Assembly: GCA_964575405.1 (NCBI GenBank)
Contig: CAZNRB010000001.1
Coordinates: 1-52,463 of the forward strand
Direction: 5' to 3'
Length of the DNA stretch: 52,463 nt
Source of the DNA: an uncultured Synergistaceae bacterium
GTDB lineage: Bacteria > Synergistota > Synergistia > Synergistales > Dethiosulfovibrionaceae
Shown one piece after another: positions 29,540-39,689 of the stretch. The notes below the pieces were generated by a model, which had not been told where the DNA came from, did not search any database, and worked only from the letters and a program-made list of their open reading frames with translations. Position 1 is the first letter of the stretch, and every line of letters begins with the position of its first letter. Both the position numbers and the translations under genes were made by a program.

Positions 29540-30286
29540 TCAGCTCTTATCGCGAAAGTTCTGTAGGATCGCCAGGTAATTTTCGACTGTCAGAGAGGCC
29601 CCTCCGATAAGCCCTCCATCGACGGAGGGTTGGGAAAAAAGCTCGGCGCTGTTGGCGCTGTTGACGCTGCCTCCGTATAGCACAGGCACCTGTGGATCCG
29701 TTTGCTCTTTGATATGACGGCACAGCTCTTCAGCGTCCTTTGCTCCAGCAGCACGTCCCGTTCCGATAGCCCAGACCGGCTCGTAGGCAATCAGAAATTG
29801 GGCTCCCTTTTCTATCCCTCGAAGAGCGGCTTCCAGCTGTCTATTTACGACCGACTTAGTTTGCCCTGCCTCTCGTTCTTCCAAAGTTTCGCCTACGCAG
29901 ATCACCGGAATGAGCCCTCCATTGCAACAGGCTTGGACCTTAGCGCCTATAAACTCCGGACTTTCATGGAAAAGGCCGCGGCGCTCACTATGGCCGACGA
30001 TGGCATAGCGGCATTGGGCTTCAAGGGCCATAGAGACGCTTACTTCTCCAGTGTAGGCGCCAGAATCGTGGTCGTTAACGTTTTGGACACCTAAAGAGAC
30101 CTCTGCCACAGAAAGCCCCTGCCTGGCTGAAAAAATAGAGAGAAAGGGTGGAAAAAGGCAGAACTCGGCGTCCTGCAATAGTTCTGATTCCTGTGTTAAC
30201 CTCTCCGATAGTTCTTTTGTGTACTCTTGAGCTTTTTGGGGGCCGTGATTCATCTTCCAATTGCCAAACAGATAAATTTTTTTCAC
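29540..30286 (-). CDS. tpiA: Triosephosphate isomerase
   Basis: GNWKMN, IVGHSERR and AYEPVWAIGTG motifs. Confidence 0.96.
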   Translation of the reverse strand: MKKIYLFGNWKMNHGPQKAQEYTKELSERLTQESELLQDAEFCLFPPFLSIFSARQGLSVAEVSLGVQNVNDHDSGAYTGEVSVSMALEAQCRYAIVGHSERRGLFHESPEFIGAKVQACCNGGLIPVICVGETLEEREAGQTKSVVNRQLEAALRGIEKGAQFLIAYEPVWAIGTGRAAGAKDAEELCRHIKEQTDPQVPVLYGGSVNSANSAELFSQPSVDGGLIGGASLTVENYLAILQNFRDKS

Positions 30287-30317
30287 AACTATCTTCCTTT
30301 AAGGTCCCTTGAGGCCT

Positions 30318-31511
30318 CTAATTTTTCTGCTCCAAAAGGATGATGCCAGGCAAGTCCTTGCCCTCGCAGAACTCTAGGCTTGCTCCGCCTCCCGTCGAAA
30401 CGTGGGACATCGCATCGGTCAGATCAAAGGCTTTCACGGCCGACGCCGTATCGCCGCCCCCCACCACGGTAAAGGCTCCCTCTTTCGTGACGGCCCCAAT
30501 GGCTTCAGCCACAGCTCGGCTACCGCCAGCAAAGGGAGCACATTCAAAAACTCCCATAGGTCCGTTCCAAAGGACGGTCTTGGCGCCCATTATTTCCTTT
30601 TGGAACAGGGCTGACGTCTTAGGACCGATGTCCAATCCCATCAGGTCCTCTGGAATTTGGTCGGATGGGACCACTGAAATGAGACTATCGGGAGAGATCT
30701 CCGACGCCGCAAGAGCGTCTAGGGGCAACAGGATTTTGACTCCCATCGCGGCAGCTCGTGCCAACATGTCCTTTGCGAAGTCCCTATGTTCTTCATCGCA
30801 AAGGGACTTGCCGATCGAAGCGCCTTGAACGGCCAAAAAAGTAAAGGCCATGCCCCCGCCGATTAGGATAGTGGTAGCCTTGGAGAGCATGTTCTCTATC
30901 ACGCCAATCTTATCGGACACTTTAGCGCCGCCTAGGACCAACAGGTAAGGCTTCTCAGGCGATTCTTTCACGCGGCTCAGCGCGTGGACTTCCTTTTCGA
31001 GGAGAAGTCCGGCATAGGAAGGCAGTATGTGCTGCACCCCTTCAGTGCTGCAGTCCCCGCGATGGGCGGCGCTAAAGGCGTCCATGATAAAAATATCGTA
31101 GGGCTCTGCCATTTGAGCGCTAAATAGAGGATCGTTTTTCTGTTCTTCCGGATGGAATCGGGAGTTCTCCAAAAGGATCAACTCCCCTTCTTCCTGATGG
31201 GCCACCGCTTCAACGACAGCGGGACCGACGCAATCGCTAACGAACTGCACAGGATGACCAAGGATTTTTTCCACGTCCCCTGCGATCTGTTGCAGAGACA
31301 ATTCGGGCACCACATTGCCCTTAGGGCGCCCAAAATGGGAGATTAGGGAGATCTTTGCGCCTTTGTCCAGGAGGGTATCTACGGTTTTTTTGTGGGCAGC
31401 AATACGGGAGCAGTCTGTCACCTTTCCATCGCGGAAAGGCACGTTAAAATCCACTCGTAGCAAAACCTTCTTGTCTCTAAAAGAAGCGTCGTCAAGGCTT
31501 TTTAAGATCAT
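30318..31511 (-). CDS. pgk: Phosphoglycerate kinase
   Basis: [18 protein letters not shown] and WNGPMGVFE...GGGDT motifs. Confidence 0.97.
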   Translation of the reverse strand: MILKSLDDASFRDKKVLLRVDFNVPFRDGKVTDCSRIAAHKKTVDTLLDKGAKISLISHFGRPKGNVVPELSLQQIAGDVEKILGHPVQFVSDCVGPAVVEAVAHQEEGELILLENSRFHPEEQKNDPLFSAQMAEPYDIFIMDAFSAAHRGDCSTEGVQHILPSYAGLLLEKEVHALSRVKESPEKPYLLVLGGAKVSDKIGVIENMLSKATTILIGGGMAFTFLAVQGASIGKSLCDEEHRDFAKDMLARAAAMGVKILLPLDALAASEISPDSLISVVPSDQIPEDLMGLDIGPKTSALFQKEIMGAKTVLWNGPMGVFECAPFAGGSRAVAEAIGAVTKEGAFTVVGGGDTASAVKAFDLTDAMSHVSTGGGASLEFCEGKDLPGIILLEQKN

Positions 31512-31514
31512 GGG

Positions 31515-32531
31515 TTAAAGTCCTTTGGAGATAATGTAGTTCACAAGATCGACGCAGCGGCAGGAATATCCCCATTCATTGTCATACCAGGCAAAGACCT
31601 TTACAAGGTCCTCTACCACCATGGTCTGATCAGGCGCAAAGATGCTGGAACGGTCGTCATGGATAAAATCCACAGAGACACAACCATCGCTGTCGTAGCC
31701 GATGTACCGGCCCATGGGCCCCTCGGCGGCCTCTTTAATCGCGTTGTTCACGTCCTCCACAGTGACAGGGCATCCGGGAAGGAAGGTAAGGTCCACCACC
31801 GATACGTCGGGCGTGGGCACCCGCAGAGCCATGCCGTTCATTTTGCCCTTAAGTTCTGGGATAACAAGGGCCACTGCTTTGGCGGCTCCCGTAGTGGTAG
31901 GAACCATCGAAAGGACAGCCGCTCGGGCGCGATAGTTGTTGGCGTGAGACCCGTCTACAAGCCTTTGATCGCCAGTATAGGAATGGATGGTAGTCATCAT
32001 TCCCTTAACTATTTTGAACTTGTCGTTCAGGACCTTGGCAATCGGGGCCAGGCAGTTGGTCGTGCAGGAGGCGTTGGAAATAATATGATCTGTCGCTGGG
32101 TTGTATTTATCCTCATTGACGCCCATGACAAAGGTGGCTATACCATCGCCTTTTCCCGGGGCTGTGATGACGATCTTCTTGGCTCCGGCATCAAGATGGA
32201 GCTTTGCCTTTTCTGTTTTGGTGTAAACACCGCTGGACTCTACAACAATATCTACGGCCAGCTCTTTCCAGGGCAAATTTTCCTCTGGCGTGACGATTTT
32301 TATGCTGTGACCGTTAATGATCAGATGGGAGTCATCACAGGAAACATCGCCTTTGAAACGCCCGTGGACGGAATCATATTTAAAAAGATGGGCCATCTGC
32401 TCCAAGCTGGCACGATTTCGCTTAATGGCAACCACATCTATAAGTCCCTTGTCGTCAAATTCATAAACCGCTCTCAGAAACAACCGCCCAATTCTTCCAA
32501 AACCGTTGATGGCTACGCGCGCTTTATCCAT
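31515..32531 (-). CDS. gap: Glyceraldehyde-3-phosphate dehydrogenase
   Basis: INGFGRIGR, active site SNASCTTNCLAP and WYDNEWGYS. Confidence 0.97.
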   Translation of the reverse strand: MDKARVAINGFGRIGRLFLRAVYEFDDKGLIDVVAIKRNRASLEQMAHLFKYDSVHGRFKGDVSCDDSHLIINGHSIKIVTPEENLPWKELAVDIVVESSGVYTKTEKAKLHLDAGAKKIVITAPGKGDGIATFVMGVNEDKYNPATDHIISNASCTTNCLAPIAKVLNDKFKIVKGMMTTIHSYTGDQRLVDGSHANNYRARAAVLSMVPTTTGAAKAVALVIPELKGKMNGMALRVPTPDVSVVDLTFLPGCPVTVEDVNNAIKEAAEGPMGRYIGYDSDGCVSVDFIHDDRSSIFAPDQTMVVEDLVKVFAWYDNEWGYSCRCVDLVNYIISKGL

Positions 32532-32582
32532 AAATGCCGTCCTCCTTAAAATATTCCGATATGAGCGCTCACTGATCCTACA

Positions 32583-33467
32583 TCAGTTTACTCCCTTTTG
32601 TGCCCTAAAACCAGCGTTCTCGGCTAAAATCTGAAGCTTCTTCCAGCGGTACTTGACCGTGCTTTTGCTTACCTTGGGATCCAGCAAATTGCCAAGCTCC
32701 TGAAGGGTAGCGCTGGGATATTGGAGTCGTAATTCTATTAGTGAGCTTAGATCTTCGGGGACAAGGTCTTCGCTAAGGTCCTTGAAAAATTTAGCTATTT
32801 GAATCTGGTGGCGGGCGCTCTCTACGCTGCGGCGAATATTGGCGTCGTCACAGTTAGCCTGCCTGTTGGCGTGATCTCTCATGGAGCGGATCATCGCCTT
32901 CTTCTCCAGATCCTGGGCCTGTCCGGTCATATTCATGTAATAACAAAATCGGACAATTTGATGGAGATCCCGTATGGTAATTTCGTAGACGCCCTCTTTG
33001 ACCCTTTGGGAGGAGCTGATTTCGTTGCTGCTGAGCAGCTCCTTGATTCCCGAGGCGATCAAGGGATCGTGGATCCTAAAAGTGCAGTAATATCCTCGAC
33101 GAGGATTGTAGATTCCTCCTGTAACTCCAAAAACTCCCCTAGCCCAGGCCCAGCGTATAAAATCTTCCCTCTCGGGTTTGGCGCAGATTTCCCTATAAAG
33201 TTCCAATGGGAGGTTCAGACAGACCTTTTCGCGCTGAATCCGCAGTAGATTCCTGGGCGTCCATTTTTTTGCCCATTGGGTGGCCCTCCATAGCCGGCGA
33301 ATACGCCGAAAAGGCCAAATCCGACTGGTCCCGCATTGAATTTGGTTTATGCCGGTTACGGCCCTTTCCATACATACTATGAGGCCAGATAATTCCGATT
33401 CCGCGGAAATTTGGTCTGTGACAGGAGCGCTCAGCCATTGATCCCATTGGTAATTGCTGATCTTCAT
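32583..33467 (-). CDS. whiA: DNA-binding protein WhiA (divergent)
   Basis: Degenerate LAGLIDADG-like middle (ARGVFGVTGGIYNP..GYYCTFRI). C-terminal HTH LRLQYPSATLQELGNLLDPKVSKSTVKYRWKKL. Conserved position after rapZ-yvcK. Confidence 0.8.
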   Translation of the reverse strand: MKISNYQWDQWLSAPVTDQISAESELSGLIVCMERAVTGINQIQCGTSRIWPFRRIRRLWRATQWAKKWTPRNLLRIQREKVCLNLPLELYREICAKPEREDFIRWAWARGVFGVTGGIYNPRRGYYCTFRIHDPLIASGIKELLSSNEISSSQRVKEGVYEITIRDLHQIVRFCYYMNMTGQAQDLEKKAMIRSMRDHANRQANCDDANIRRSVESARHQIQIAKFFKDLSEDLVPEDLSSLIELRLQYPSATLQELGNLLDPKVSKSTVKYRWKKLQILAENAGFRAQKGVN

Positions 33468-33483
33468 GGACTATAGAATCCTC

Positions 33484-34611
33484 TCACTGGACAAGCTTGC
33501 GGTAAATCCTCATGAGCGTCTCAGCGAGGTGCCCGCTATGGTGGCGGATCATGCCACCGGGGGAGATCTGAATCAGCGACGCACGATAAACCGAGCAATT
33601 TTGCTTCTTTAGAAAAATCTCGTCTTCTCTGGAGAGAGACAGCGGTTCCGCTCCCTGTTGCCGGTAGCGTTCCAACAGCACGTCAGGGATAGAATCCTCG
33701 TTGACCACTATTCCATGGGGATAGCGCCCCAATGCTTTGGCAATCCACGAAATATGGTCCATCTGATTCATGCCCTGGGTCTCTCCCGATTGAGACATCA
33801 GATTGGCCACGTAAATCAGTGGTTTCCTACTATGGACTAACATTTCGGTAAAACCTTCCAGCAGCAGATTGGGGAGCACGCTGGTGAAGAGGCTTCCAGG
33901 CCCCAGGATTATCATATCGGCATTGGATACAGCCGATATGGCCTCTTCTACGGGCTGGGCTCCGGAAGGCTCCAATCGGATCGTCTCGATTTCCCTGCCG
34001 CAGGTAGCCACAGCCAATTCGCCGCGGAGGATTTTATTCGTCTTTGTCTCTGCCACAAGGGTCACATTTTCCGTGGTGATCGGCAACACTCTGCCTCGGA
34101 TAGCCAGAAGGTTGTTTATGAGATCCACAGCGTTTTTAAAGTCCCCTGCTTGTTCTGCCGCAGCCAGAAGCATCAGGTTTCCCAGGCTATGGCCCTGTAG
34201 ATCTCCTCGGTCGAAGCGAAAATTCAGAAAAGACCGGAGCCGACTGTCGTTTTCGCTGAGAGCAACAATGCAGTTTCGAATATCTCCAGGCGGCAACATT
34301 CCCCAATCGCGGACCAGCCGGCCTGAGCTTCCCCCTTCGTCGGTGACTGCTACCAGCGCTACAATATTTCGGGTGTAGGCTTTAATGCCCTTTAAAAGCG
34401 ACGATAGTCCGGTACCTCCTCCGACGGCCACTAGGTGGGGACCTGAGGAAAGGCGATACTGGACCACCGCAGCGGTGGTCTCCTTTTCGTTTTTTTTCAG
34501 TTGCAAAAAGCCCCGGACCTTTCGGCTTTGACGCAGCAGCCAATAGAGCAACCCCATTCCAAAGGCGCAACCTGCCAGAAAGGACGCTGAATGCAAGACT
34601 AGAGACCACAC
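33484..34611 (-). CDS. yvcK: YvcK-family gluconeogenesis/cell-shape factor (CofD-like) with N-terminal TM segment
   Basis: VAVGGGTGLSSLLKGIK and GPGSLFTSVLPNLL motifs. I place the start at GTG 34611, which shares one nt with the rapZ TAG stop and has GGAGGAG upstream. The track's longer ORF overlaps rapZ by 91 nt. Confidence 0.85.
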   Translation of the reverse strand: MWSLVLHSASFLAGCAFGMGLLYWLLRQSRKVRGFLQLKKNEKETTAAVVQYRLSSGPHLVAVGGGTGLSSLLKGIKAYTRNIVALVAVTDEGGSSGRLVRDWGMLPPGDIRNCIVALSENDSRLRSFLNFRFDRGDLQGHSLGNLMLLAAAEQAGDFKNAVDLINNLLAIRGRVLPITTENVTLVAETKTNKILRGELAVATCGREIETIRLEPSGAQPVEEAISAVSNADMIILGPGSLFTSVLPNLLLEGFTEMLVHSRKPLIYVANLMSQSGETQGMNQMDHISWIAKALGRYPHGIVVNEDSIPDVLLERYRQQGAEPLSLSREDEIFLKKQNCSVYRASLIQISPGGMIRHHSGHLAETLMRIYRKLVQ

Positions 34612-35492
34612 TATTGGACTCCTCCAATGTCTTTGTCCATGTCGCGATGCCGCAGTACACATGAGACGCCATCTATCCGCTGGAGCCGTTCCACAAGCCA
34701 TTCCGCCGCAAATACGGAACGGTGCCTCCCGCCGGTACAGCCAAAGGCAATTTGCAGGAACTGCTTTCCGCTGGCGTGATAGACCGGCAGAATGGTCTCA
34801 AAGAGCTCCAGACACTGTCGGAGAAAGGCATCGGCGGCGCTCTGTTGGTAAATGTAGCGTCGTACGGCGTCGTCCTTGCCGGTCAGCTTTCGAAGGGACT
34901 CTTCATAATAGGGATTAGCTAGAAAGCGGACATCAAAAACGAAGTCCGAGTCCTGGGGACAGCCGTATTTAAAGCCAAAGGAACTGACCAAAATTTCAAT
35001 TCCCCGGGGATTGCGCCCCAAGATAACTAGGATTTCGCTCCTCAACTGAGCCGAAGTCAGCGTCGATGTATCGATAACCTGATCTGCCAGAGCCCGAAGG
35101 GGGGCAAGCTTCTGGCGCTCTGTCCTAATTCCGTCCAATAGGGAGGTCATAAAACCCAAGGGATGGCGGCGGCGAGTGAGATTGTACCGTCGAGTCAAAG
35201 TATCCTCCGAGGCTTCGAGAAATAAAAGCCCCACGTCCACTCCTCGACCGCGAAGGTTCTCGATTGTCTTTGGCAAATCGTCGAGCAATTTCCCGCTTCG
35301 AGCGTCAACGGTAGCTGCTATCCCGTTATCTCGCGCTTGAAGATTCCCCGCTAACAGCGATAGCAGATCGGGAAACATGACCACAGGCAGGTTATCCACC
35401 GCGTAGAGCCCTTGATCTTCCAGCAAATCCAACACGGTGCTTTTACCGCTGCCTGAAAGGCCTGTGATGATTAAAAATTTCCGAGGAAACAT
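34611..35492 (-). CDS. rapZ: RNase adapter / nucleotide-binding protein RapZ (YvcJ)
   Basis: Walker A ITGLSGSGKST, DVRFLANPYY and C-terminal CTGGRHRSV. Confidence 0.92.
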   Translation of the reverse strand: MFPRKFLIITGLSGSGKSTVLDLLEDQGLYAVDNLPVVMFPDLLSLLAGNLQARDNGIAATVDARSGKLLDDLPKTIENLRGRGVDVGLLFLEASEDTLTRRYNLTRRRHPLGFMTSLLDGIRTERQKLAPLRALADQVIDTSTLTSAQLRSEILVILGRNPRGIEILVSSFGFKYGCPQDSDFVFDVRFLANPYYEESLRKLTGKDDAVRRYIYQQSAADAFLRQCLELFETILPVYHASGKQFLQIAFGCTGGRHRSVFAAEWLVERLQRIDGVSCVLRHRDMDKDIGGVQ

Positions 35493-35511
35493 GCGGGAGA
35501 TTCCTTGAAGG

Positions 35512-36177
35512 CTATTGATTTCTTACGACGAGGGTCTGATGGCCCAGGGCTTTGATTTGATTGGCGATAGTATCGGCAGTGGCTCTGTTTCGGCCTCCGG
35601 CCACGAACACGCGGAAATAGGTCGTTCCTCTGACCTCGGCGGGACGGACCAACGATGAATGGCCTCTGCTTTTCAGCTCTGCCGCCACATTATTGGCAGC
35701 CGATCTGTTGGTGAAGGAACCGCACTGGACTAAAAAGACGCTGTCATTAATGGAGCCGCCGCTGACGTTAACCTTCTCCCGGATAGGTTCGCTGGTGACT
35801 GCAGGGGCAGGGCGTGACGCCCTTTGGGGCTTTGCAGGAGCGGATTGGGCCGGCGCCCGACGGGCAGGTGAAGCCGGCACCGCTGGTTCTGCGACCACGA
35901 CGGTCTGAGCCGGCGCTGAAATTGGTGCTGTGGGCGCAGCGGTTGTTCCACGAGGTGTTAAAGCTTCAGGCTCTGCGATCTGGGGCTGCGAAGGCACCAC
36001 GGAAACTATAGGTCTGGAAGAGCTCTGAAGGGGGGGCTGATCGTCTCCAGAAAAAAAGAATACCCTGATCCCTACGATCAGTATTCCCATAACGACAACG
36101 CCTAAGATAGGCAACATCAGATCTCCAAAGGGTATGGCGGGCTTCTTTTTCAACTTATAGGTGGATCTTGCTGCCAT
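35512..36177 (-). CDS. SPOR-domain cell-division/septal peptidoglycan-binding protein
   Basis: N-terminal TM, Pro/Ala-rich linker and a C-terminal SPOR-like repeat (FLVQCGSFTNRSAANNVAAELKSRGH...YFRVFVAGG..RATADTIANQIK). Lies immediately downstream of ftsZ. Confidence 0.75.
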   Translation of the reverse strand: MAARSTYKLKKKPAIPFGDLMLPILGVVVMGILIVGIRVFFFSGDDQPPLQSSSRPIVSVVPSQPQIAEPEALTPRGTTAAPTAPISAPAQTVVVAEPAVPASPARRAPAQSAPAKPQRASRPAPAVTSEPIREKVNVSGGSINDSVFLVQCGSFTNRSAANNVAAELKSRGHSSLVRPAEVRGTTYFRVFVAGGRNRATADTIANQIKALGHQTLVVRNQ

Positions 36178-36240
36178 GGGATGACACCTCTCCTTTTCAC
36201 GACGAGGCAGTTAGGGCTGCGGCAGATCCGCAGCATAACA

Positions 36241-36276
36241 ATAAACAAAATACGGGGACTAGGCTTCCGTCCCCGC
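36241..36276 (-). terminator. Intrinsic terminator after ftsZ
   Basis: On the minus strand: CGGGGAC, 9-nt loop, GTCCCCG (36253-36275), followed by TATTTTGTTTAT. Confidence 0.75.
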
Positions 36277-36299
36277 CTTTTGAGTGTTCCGTCGTCACA

Positions 36300-37496
36300 T
36301 TAACGCTTTTCCCTGCGCCGGGAAATTGTAGGCCGATCCATATCGTCTGGGGTCAATCCAGACATAGTGAAGATATCCCCAGACTGTTCCGACACCACAT
36401 CAGCCGGGTTGAGATGGGTAACGCTGTCGGAAGATCTGCGGTGGGGAGATTGAGAGAAACTAGAGCGGTTGAACCCCATAAAACCCTGAGGAGCCTGAGC
36501 TTGAGGGGCTCTTTCAACAGGATCGTCAAAGCCTGTCGCTATTAGAGTTATCCGCACGCCATCGTCCATTTCTGGATTGACCTTAGCACCCCAGATGATG
36601 TTGGCATCTTCGTGGGCGGCCGCGGCGATAAGATCGGCAGCTTCGTTGAATTCGTAAAGCCCCACATCGGGCCCCATCTCGATAAAGCACAGCACTCCCC
36701 GTGCGCCACTGACAGGAGCCGTCATGAGAGGCCCATTCATAGCGGCTCTAGCGGCCGATACCATTCGACCGTCGCCCTTGGCCTCGCCGATGCCCATAAT
36801 AGCAGTTCCAGCGTTTTGCATGACGGAGCAAACGTCGGCGAAGTCCACGTTAATTTGAGCGGTCTGACGGACCGTTCCTGTAACACCGATCACAGCCTGG
36901 CGCAGCACGTCATCTGCCATGCGGAAGGCTTCGCTGAAGGTAGTGGCTTTGTCGGAAATCTGAAGAAGGCGGTCGTTTTCGATGACGATCAGGGCATCCA
37001 CTTTACCGCGAAGATTCTCGATGCCCTCCAAGGCCTGGCGAATTTTACGTTTGCCTTCCCAGGTAAAGGGGACGGTCACGACGGCCACCACAAGAGCGCC
37101 TTGCTCCCGCGCCACCTCTGCGATAACGGGAGAGGCTCCAGTGCCGGTGCCGCCGCCCATTCCAGCGGTAATGAAGACCATATCGGCGCCGCCAAGGAGT
37201 TGATTCAGCTCTTCTCTGGATTCCTCTGCCGCTTGGTAGCCACGATTGGGATCGGCACCAGCGCCGCGCCCTTTCGTTAAATTCTTGCCAAGGATGAACT
37301 TGCAAGGAGCCTGTGAAAGGTCAAGAGCAGCCATATCGGTGTTTACCGCGATGAAATCCACGTCGGTAATTTCACTTCTGATGATATTATTAAGGGCATT
37401 TCCGCCGCCGCCGCCCACACCTACCACCTTTATGACTTCTTTAGGCGGCGTGGAGTTGTCCTCCCAAAGCTCAAAAACGGAGTTCATATCGTTCAT
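36300..37496 (-). CDS. ftsZ: Cell division GTPase FtsZ
   Basis: VVGVGGGGGNA and tubulin signature GGGTGTGASP, NTDMAAL, and a disordered C-terminal tail. Confidence 0.98.
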   Translation of the reverse strand: MNDMNSVFELWEDNSTPPKEVIKVVGVGGGGGNALNNIIRSEITDVDFIAVNTDMAALDLSQAPCKFILGKNLTKGRGAGADPNRGYQAAEESREELNQLLGGADMVFITAGMGGGTGTGASPVIAEVAREQGALVVAVVTVPFTWEGKRKIRQALEGIENLRGKVDALIVIENDRLLQISDKATTFSEAFRMADDVLRQAVIGVTGTVRQTAQINVDFADVCSVMQNAGTAIMGIGEAKGDGRMVSAARAAMNGPLMTAPVSGARGVLCFIEMGPDVGLYEFNEAADLIAAAAHEDANIIWGAKVNPEMDDGVRITLIATGFDDPVERAPQAQAPQGFMGFNRSSFSQSPHRRSSDSVTHLNPADVVSEQSGDIFTMSGLTPDDMDRPTISRRREKR

Positions 37497-37509
37497 TATT
37501 TCTCTCCCC

Positions 37510-38814
37510 TTAGAAAAGCTCCTTGATGGAATTCCAGACTACATTCAATATACTTTCCTTCGGTCTGTTGGCGTAATTATTAGTATTCTTTACTGTTCGC
37601 CCCTTACTGACACCAGAGGTACCCCTCAGAGATCCTAACGAAGCCTCAATGTAGCGGAAAGGATGGCGCTCCTTTTCCATTAGATAGACAATGATTCCTG
37701 CCACAGCACTGTACTGACAGGAATTGCGGTTAGGCTGCATCTGATGGGCCAGCATTGGAGCTCCGGTGCGAACTCCAATGCCTAGATGTTCTGATGCAAA
37801 GGCATCCAACCCCTCCATTAACGCTACGCCTCCCGAAAGGACAACTCCCGAAGGAAAGGACACCCAATGATAGTCGGAGATCAGAGGAAGTACTTTGTCT
37901 TCTAGCAGCTCTTCTAAGCGACAGGACATAATTTCAACGACAGTGCTTTCATCGAGAATCTGCTCTTTGCCGTGGTTATTCACTGAGATTTGCTGATCAT
38001 GGGAAGCCGCCGGATCTAAAGTGATCTTCTTTTTAAGGTCCTCCGCCGCTTTAAAGGAGGTCTTGCACACACAGGCTATGTCGTTGGTAATATGCTCTCC
38101 TCCGATAGGAATCACCGCAAGCCTCAGCGGGCGTCCCTCGGAAAATAGGGCCACTCCAGTGGTGCCGCCGCCTATAGAAAGGGATATGGCTCCGGCGCTG
38201 CGATCTTCCGCGCTAAGCGATCCAAGGGCTGCTACAAGGGGTTTTACCACCAGTCCACACACGGTTATGCCAGCCAGTTCGACGCAGTTGACCACATTTT
38301 GAACGACCGATGTGGCTACAATAACAGCCTGGACCTTAATCTCCAGGCGAATGCCGGTCATTCCCAGGGGATCGTCAATACCGCTGCTTCCGTCAATTGA
38401 ATATTTTAACGGGATCGTGTGCAAAATACACTGGTTCGGCGGCAGAATTAGCTCGCTTAGGGCTGTCTCGATGGCTCTGTTCACGTCCTCAGCGGTAATC
38501 TGACGAGGAGTCATTCCAAGCGAAACCATGCCCGATAGCATTTGGACTTTGGCATTGACGCCGCTAAAAGCTACGGTAGCCGCTGTTATGCTAAAGCCTA
38601 CAATGTCCTCGGCATCTTCAACGGCACTAGAGACAGCGCTCACAGCCTGTTCTAGGTTGACGATCGTGCCTTTGCGAATTCCACGGGATTGGGCTTGACC
38701 AATACCGATGATCTGAGCATCCCCCGAGCCCCAGGGATCCCGTTCCGCCACTACGACAGATATTTTGCTCGTCCCAAGATAGAGTCCCACTAGGATCTCC
38801 GACTCTTTGCCCAT
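37510..38814 (-). CDS. ftsA: Cell division protein FtsA
   Basis: Actin-like ATPase fold (GLYLGTSKISVVVAE, SIGGGTTGVALF) and a C-terminal amphipathic tail. ATG 38814 after a GGGAG RBS. The track starts two TTG codons earlier. Confidence 0.93.
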   Translation of the reverse strand: MGKESEILVGLYLGTSKISVVVAERDPWGSGDAQIIGIGQAQSRGIRKGTIVNLEQAVSAVSSAVEDAEDIVGFSITAATVAFSGVNAKVQMLSGMVSLGMTPRQITAEDVNRAIETALSELILPPNQCILHTIPLKYSIDGSSGIDDPLGMTGIRLEIKVQAVIVATSVVQNVVNCVELAGITVCGLVVKPLVAALGSLSAEDRSAGAISLSIGGGTTGVALFSEGRPLRLAVIPIGGEHITNDIACVCKTSFKAAEDLKKKITLDPAASHDQQISVNNHGKEQILDESTVVEIMSCRLEELLEDKVLPLISDYHWVSFPSGVVLSGGVALMEGLDAFASEHLGIGVRTGAPMLAHQMQPNRNSCQYSAVAGIIVYLMEKERHPFRYIEASLGSLRGTSGVSKGRTVKNTNNYANRPKESILNVVWNSIKELF

Positions 38815-38906
38815 CAACAATCACTCCCTTCTCCTTGTTAGAGATCTCAGGAACTGCCTTCTAGGGACGGAGTCCCTTATTTATGGGGATGCACAGCTCA
38901 GTCTCC

Positions 38907-39662
38907 TTAGAAGCTGCCGCGCAAAATAATCTTGTCAGAGTAGGTCGCATCAATGACCATATGGGCGCCTTTCACTGGACCAGAGAGAAGCTCTTGGGCA
39001 GCTATCAGATTTTGCGGAAGATCGCCAATCCGGCCGAGAAAACGACTCTGCTGGCCGCTATCAAGCGTCAAAGTACACGCTACCACGTCTTCCCCGCCTC
39101 TTCTGCGCAGCTCCACATCGGTTACTCTTAAATTGGGCACTGCGCCGAGATACTGCAACACAGCCAAAAACCATGAGGCCGGTATATTGGTGCGACGAAT
39201 CTCCCTGACTCCTGCTCTTTCCTCTGGCATCGGAAAGGAGTCTCCCACCGAAAGGCCTGGCACCTCTGGCATGGTCAACGTTAGGGCCTGGGCAGTCAGC
39301 GTCTTGGGCCAGAATTCACCGGACCTAGAAAGAAAGTAGTCCTCCCCTCGCCAGTGGATGGCCATAACAGGCTCCAGAGGAACGGCTATAACTTCCAATT
39401 TACCTTCAAAGGGAGCCCAGTGAAACTGGATTTTTAAGGGATAGCGCCGCTCCAGGTCAGCTAAATCCCTTTTATGCAAAAGCCACAAAGGATGAAAGGC
39501 AATAAACTTCTCGCTCCATTCCCTGAGACACAATTCCAGCTCTGGCGTGAAATCCTTGATTTTCAGACTGCGGAGGCGGAAGGGCTGGTACAAATCTTCC
39601 ATCCATAGGAGTATTCCCATAACAAAAGCCAGGAACAGACACCATCCTCCGATACGTCTCAT
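38907..39662 (-). CDS. ftsQ: Cell division protein FtsQ/DivIB
   Basis: Single N-terminal TM followed by POTRA-like and beta domains. The call rests mainly on size, topology and its position between murC and ftsA. Confidence 0.72.
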   Translation of the reverse strand: MRRIGGWCLFLAFVMGILLWMEDLYQPFRLRSLKIKDFTPELELCLREWSEKFIAFHPLWLLHKRDLADLERRYPLKIQFHWAPFEGKLEVIAVPLEPVMAIHWRGEDYFLSRSGEFWPKTLTAQALTLTMPEVPGLSVGDSFPMPEERAGVREIRRTNIPASWFLAVLQYLGAVPNLRVTDVELRRRGGEDVVACTLTLDSGQQSRFLGRIGDLPQNLIAAQELLSGPVKGAHMVIDATYSDKIILRGSF

Positions 39663-39689
39663 TGAGTCACCTCGACGCGGTCTTTAAAG

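Noticed and set aside
31659-32549. Long antisense ORFs opposite well-supported genes: 296 aa opposite gap, 260 aa at 23524-24306 opposite recN, 257 aa at 40311-41084 opposite murC, 222 aa at 36612-37280 opposite ftsZ, 215 aa at 9929-10576 opposite spoIID, and 177 aa at 8599-9132 opposite ruvB.
   Set aside because: Each lies entirely within a gene whose product carries clear family motifs. The antisense translations are Arg/Ser/Pro/Gly-rich low-complexity strings with no motifs, and no RBS is evident. This is typical of shadow frames in coding DNA.
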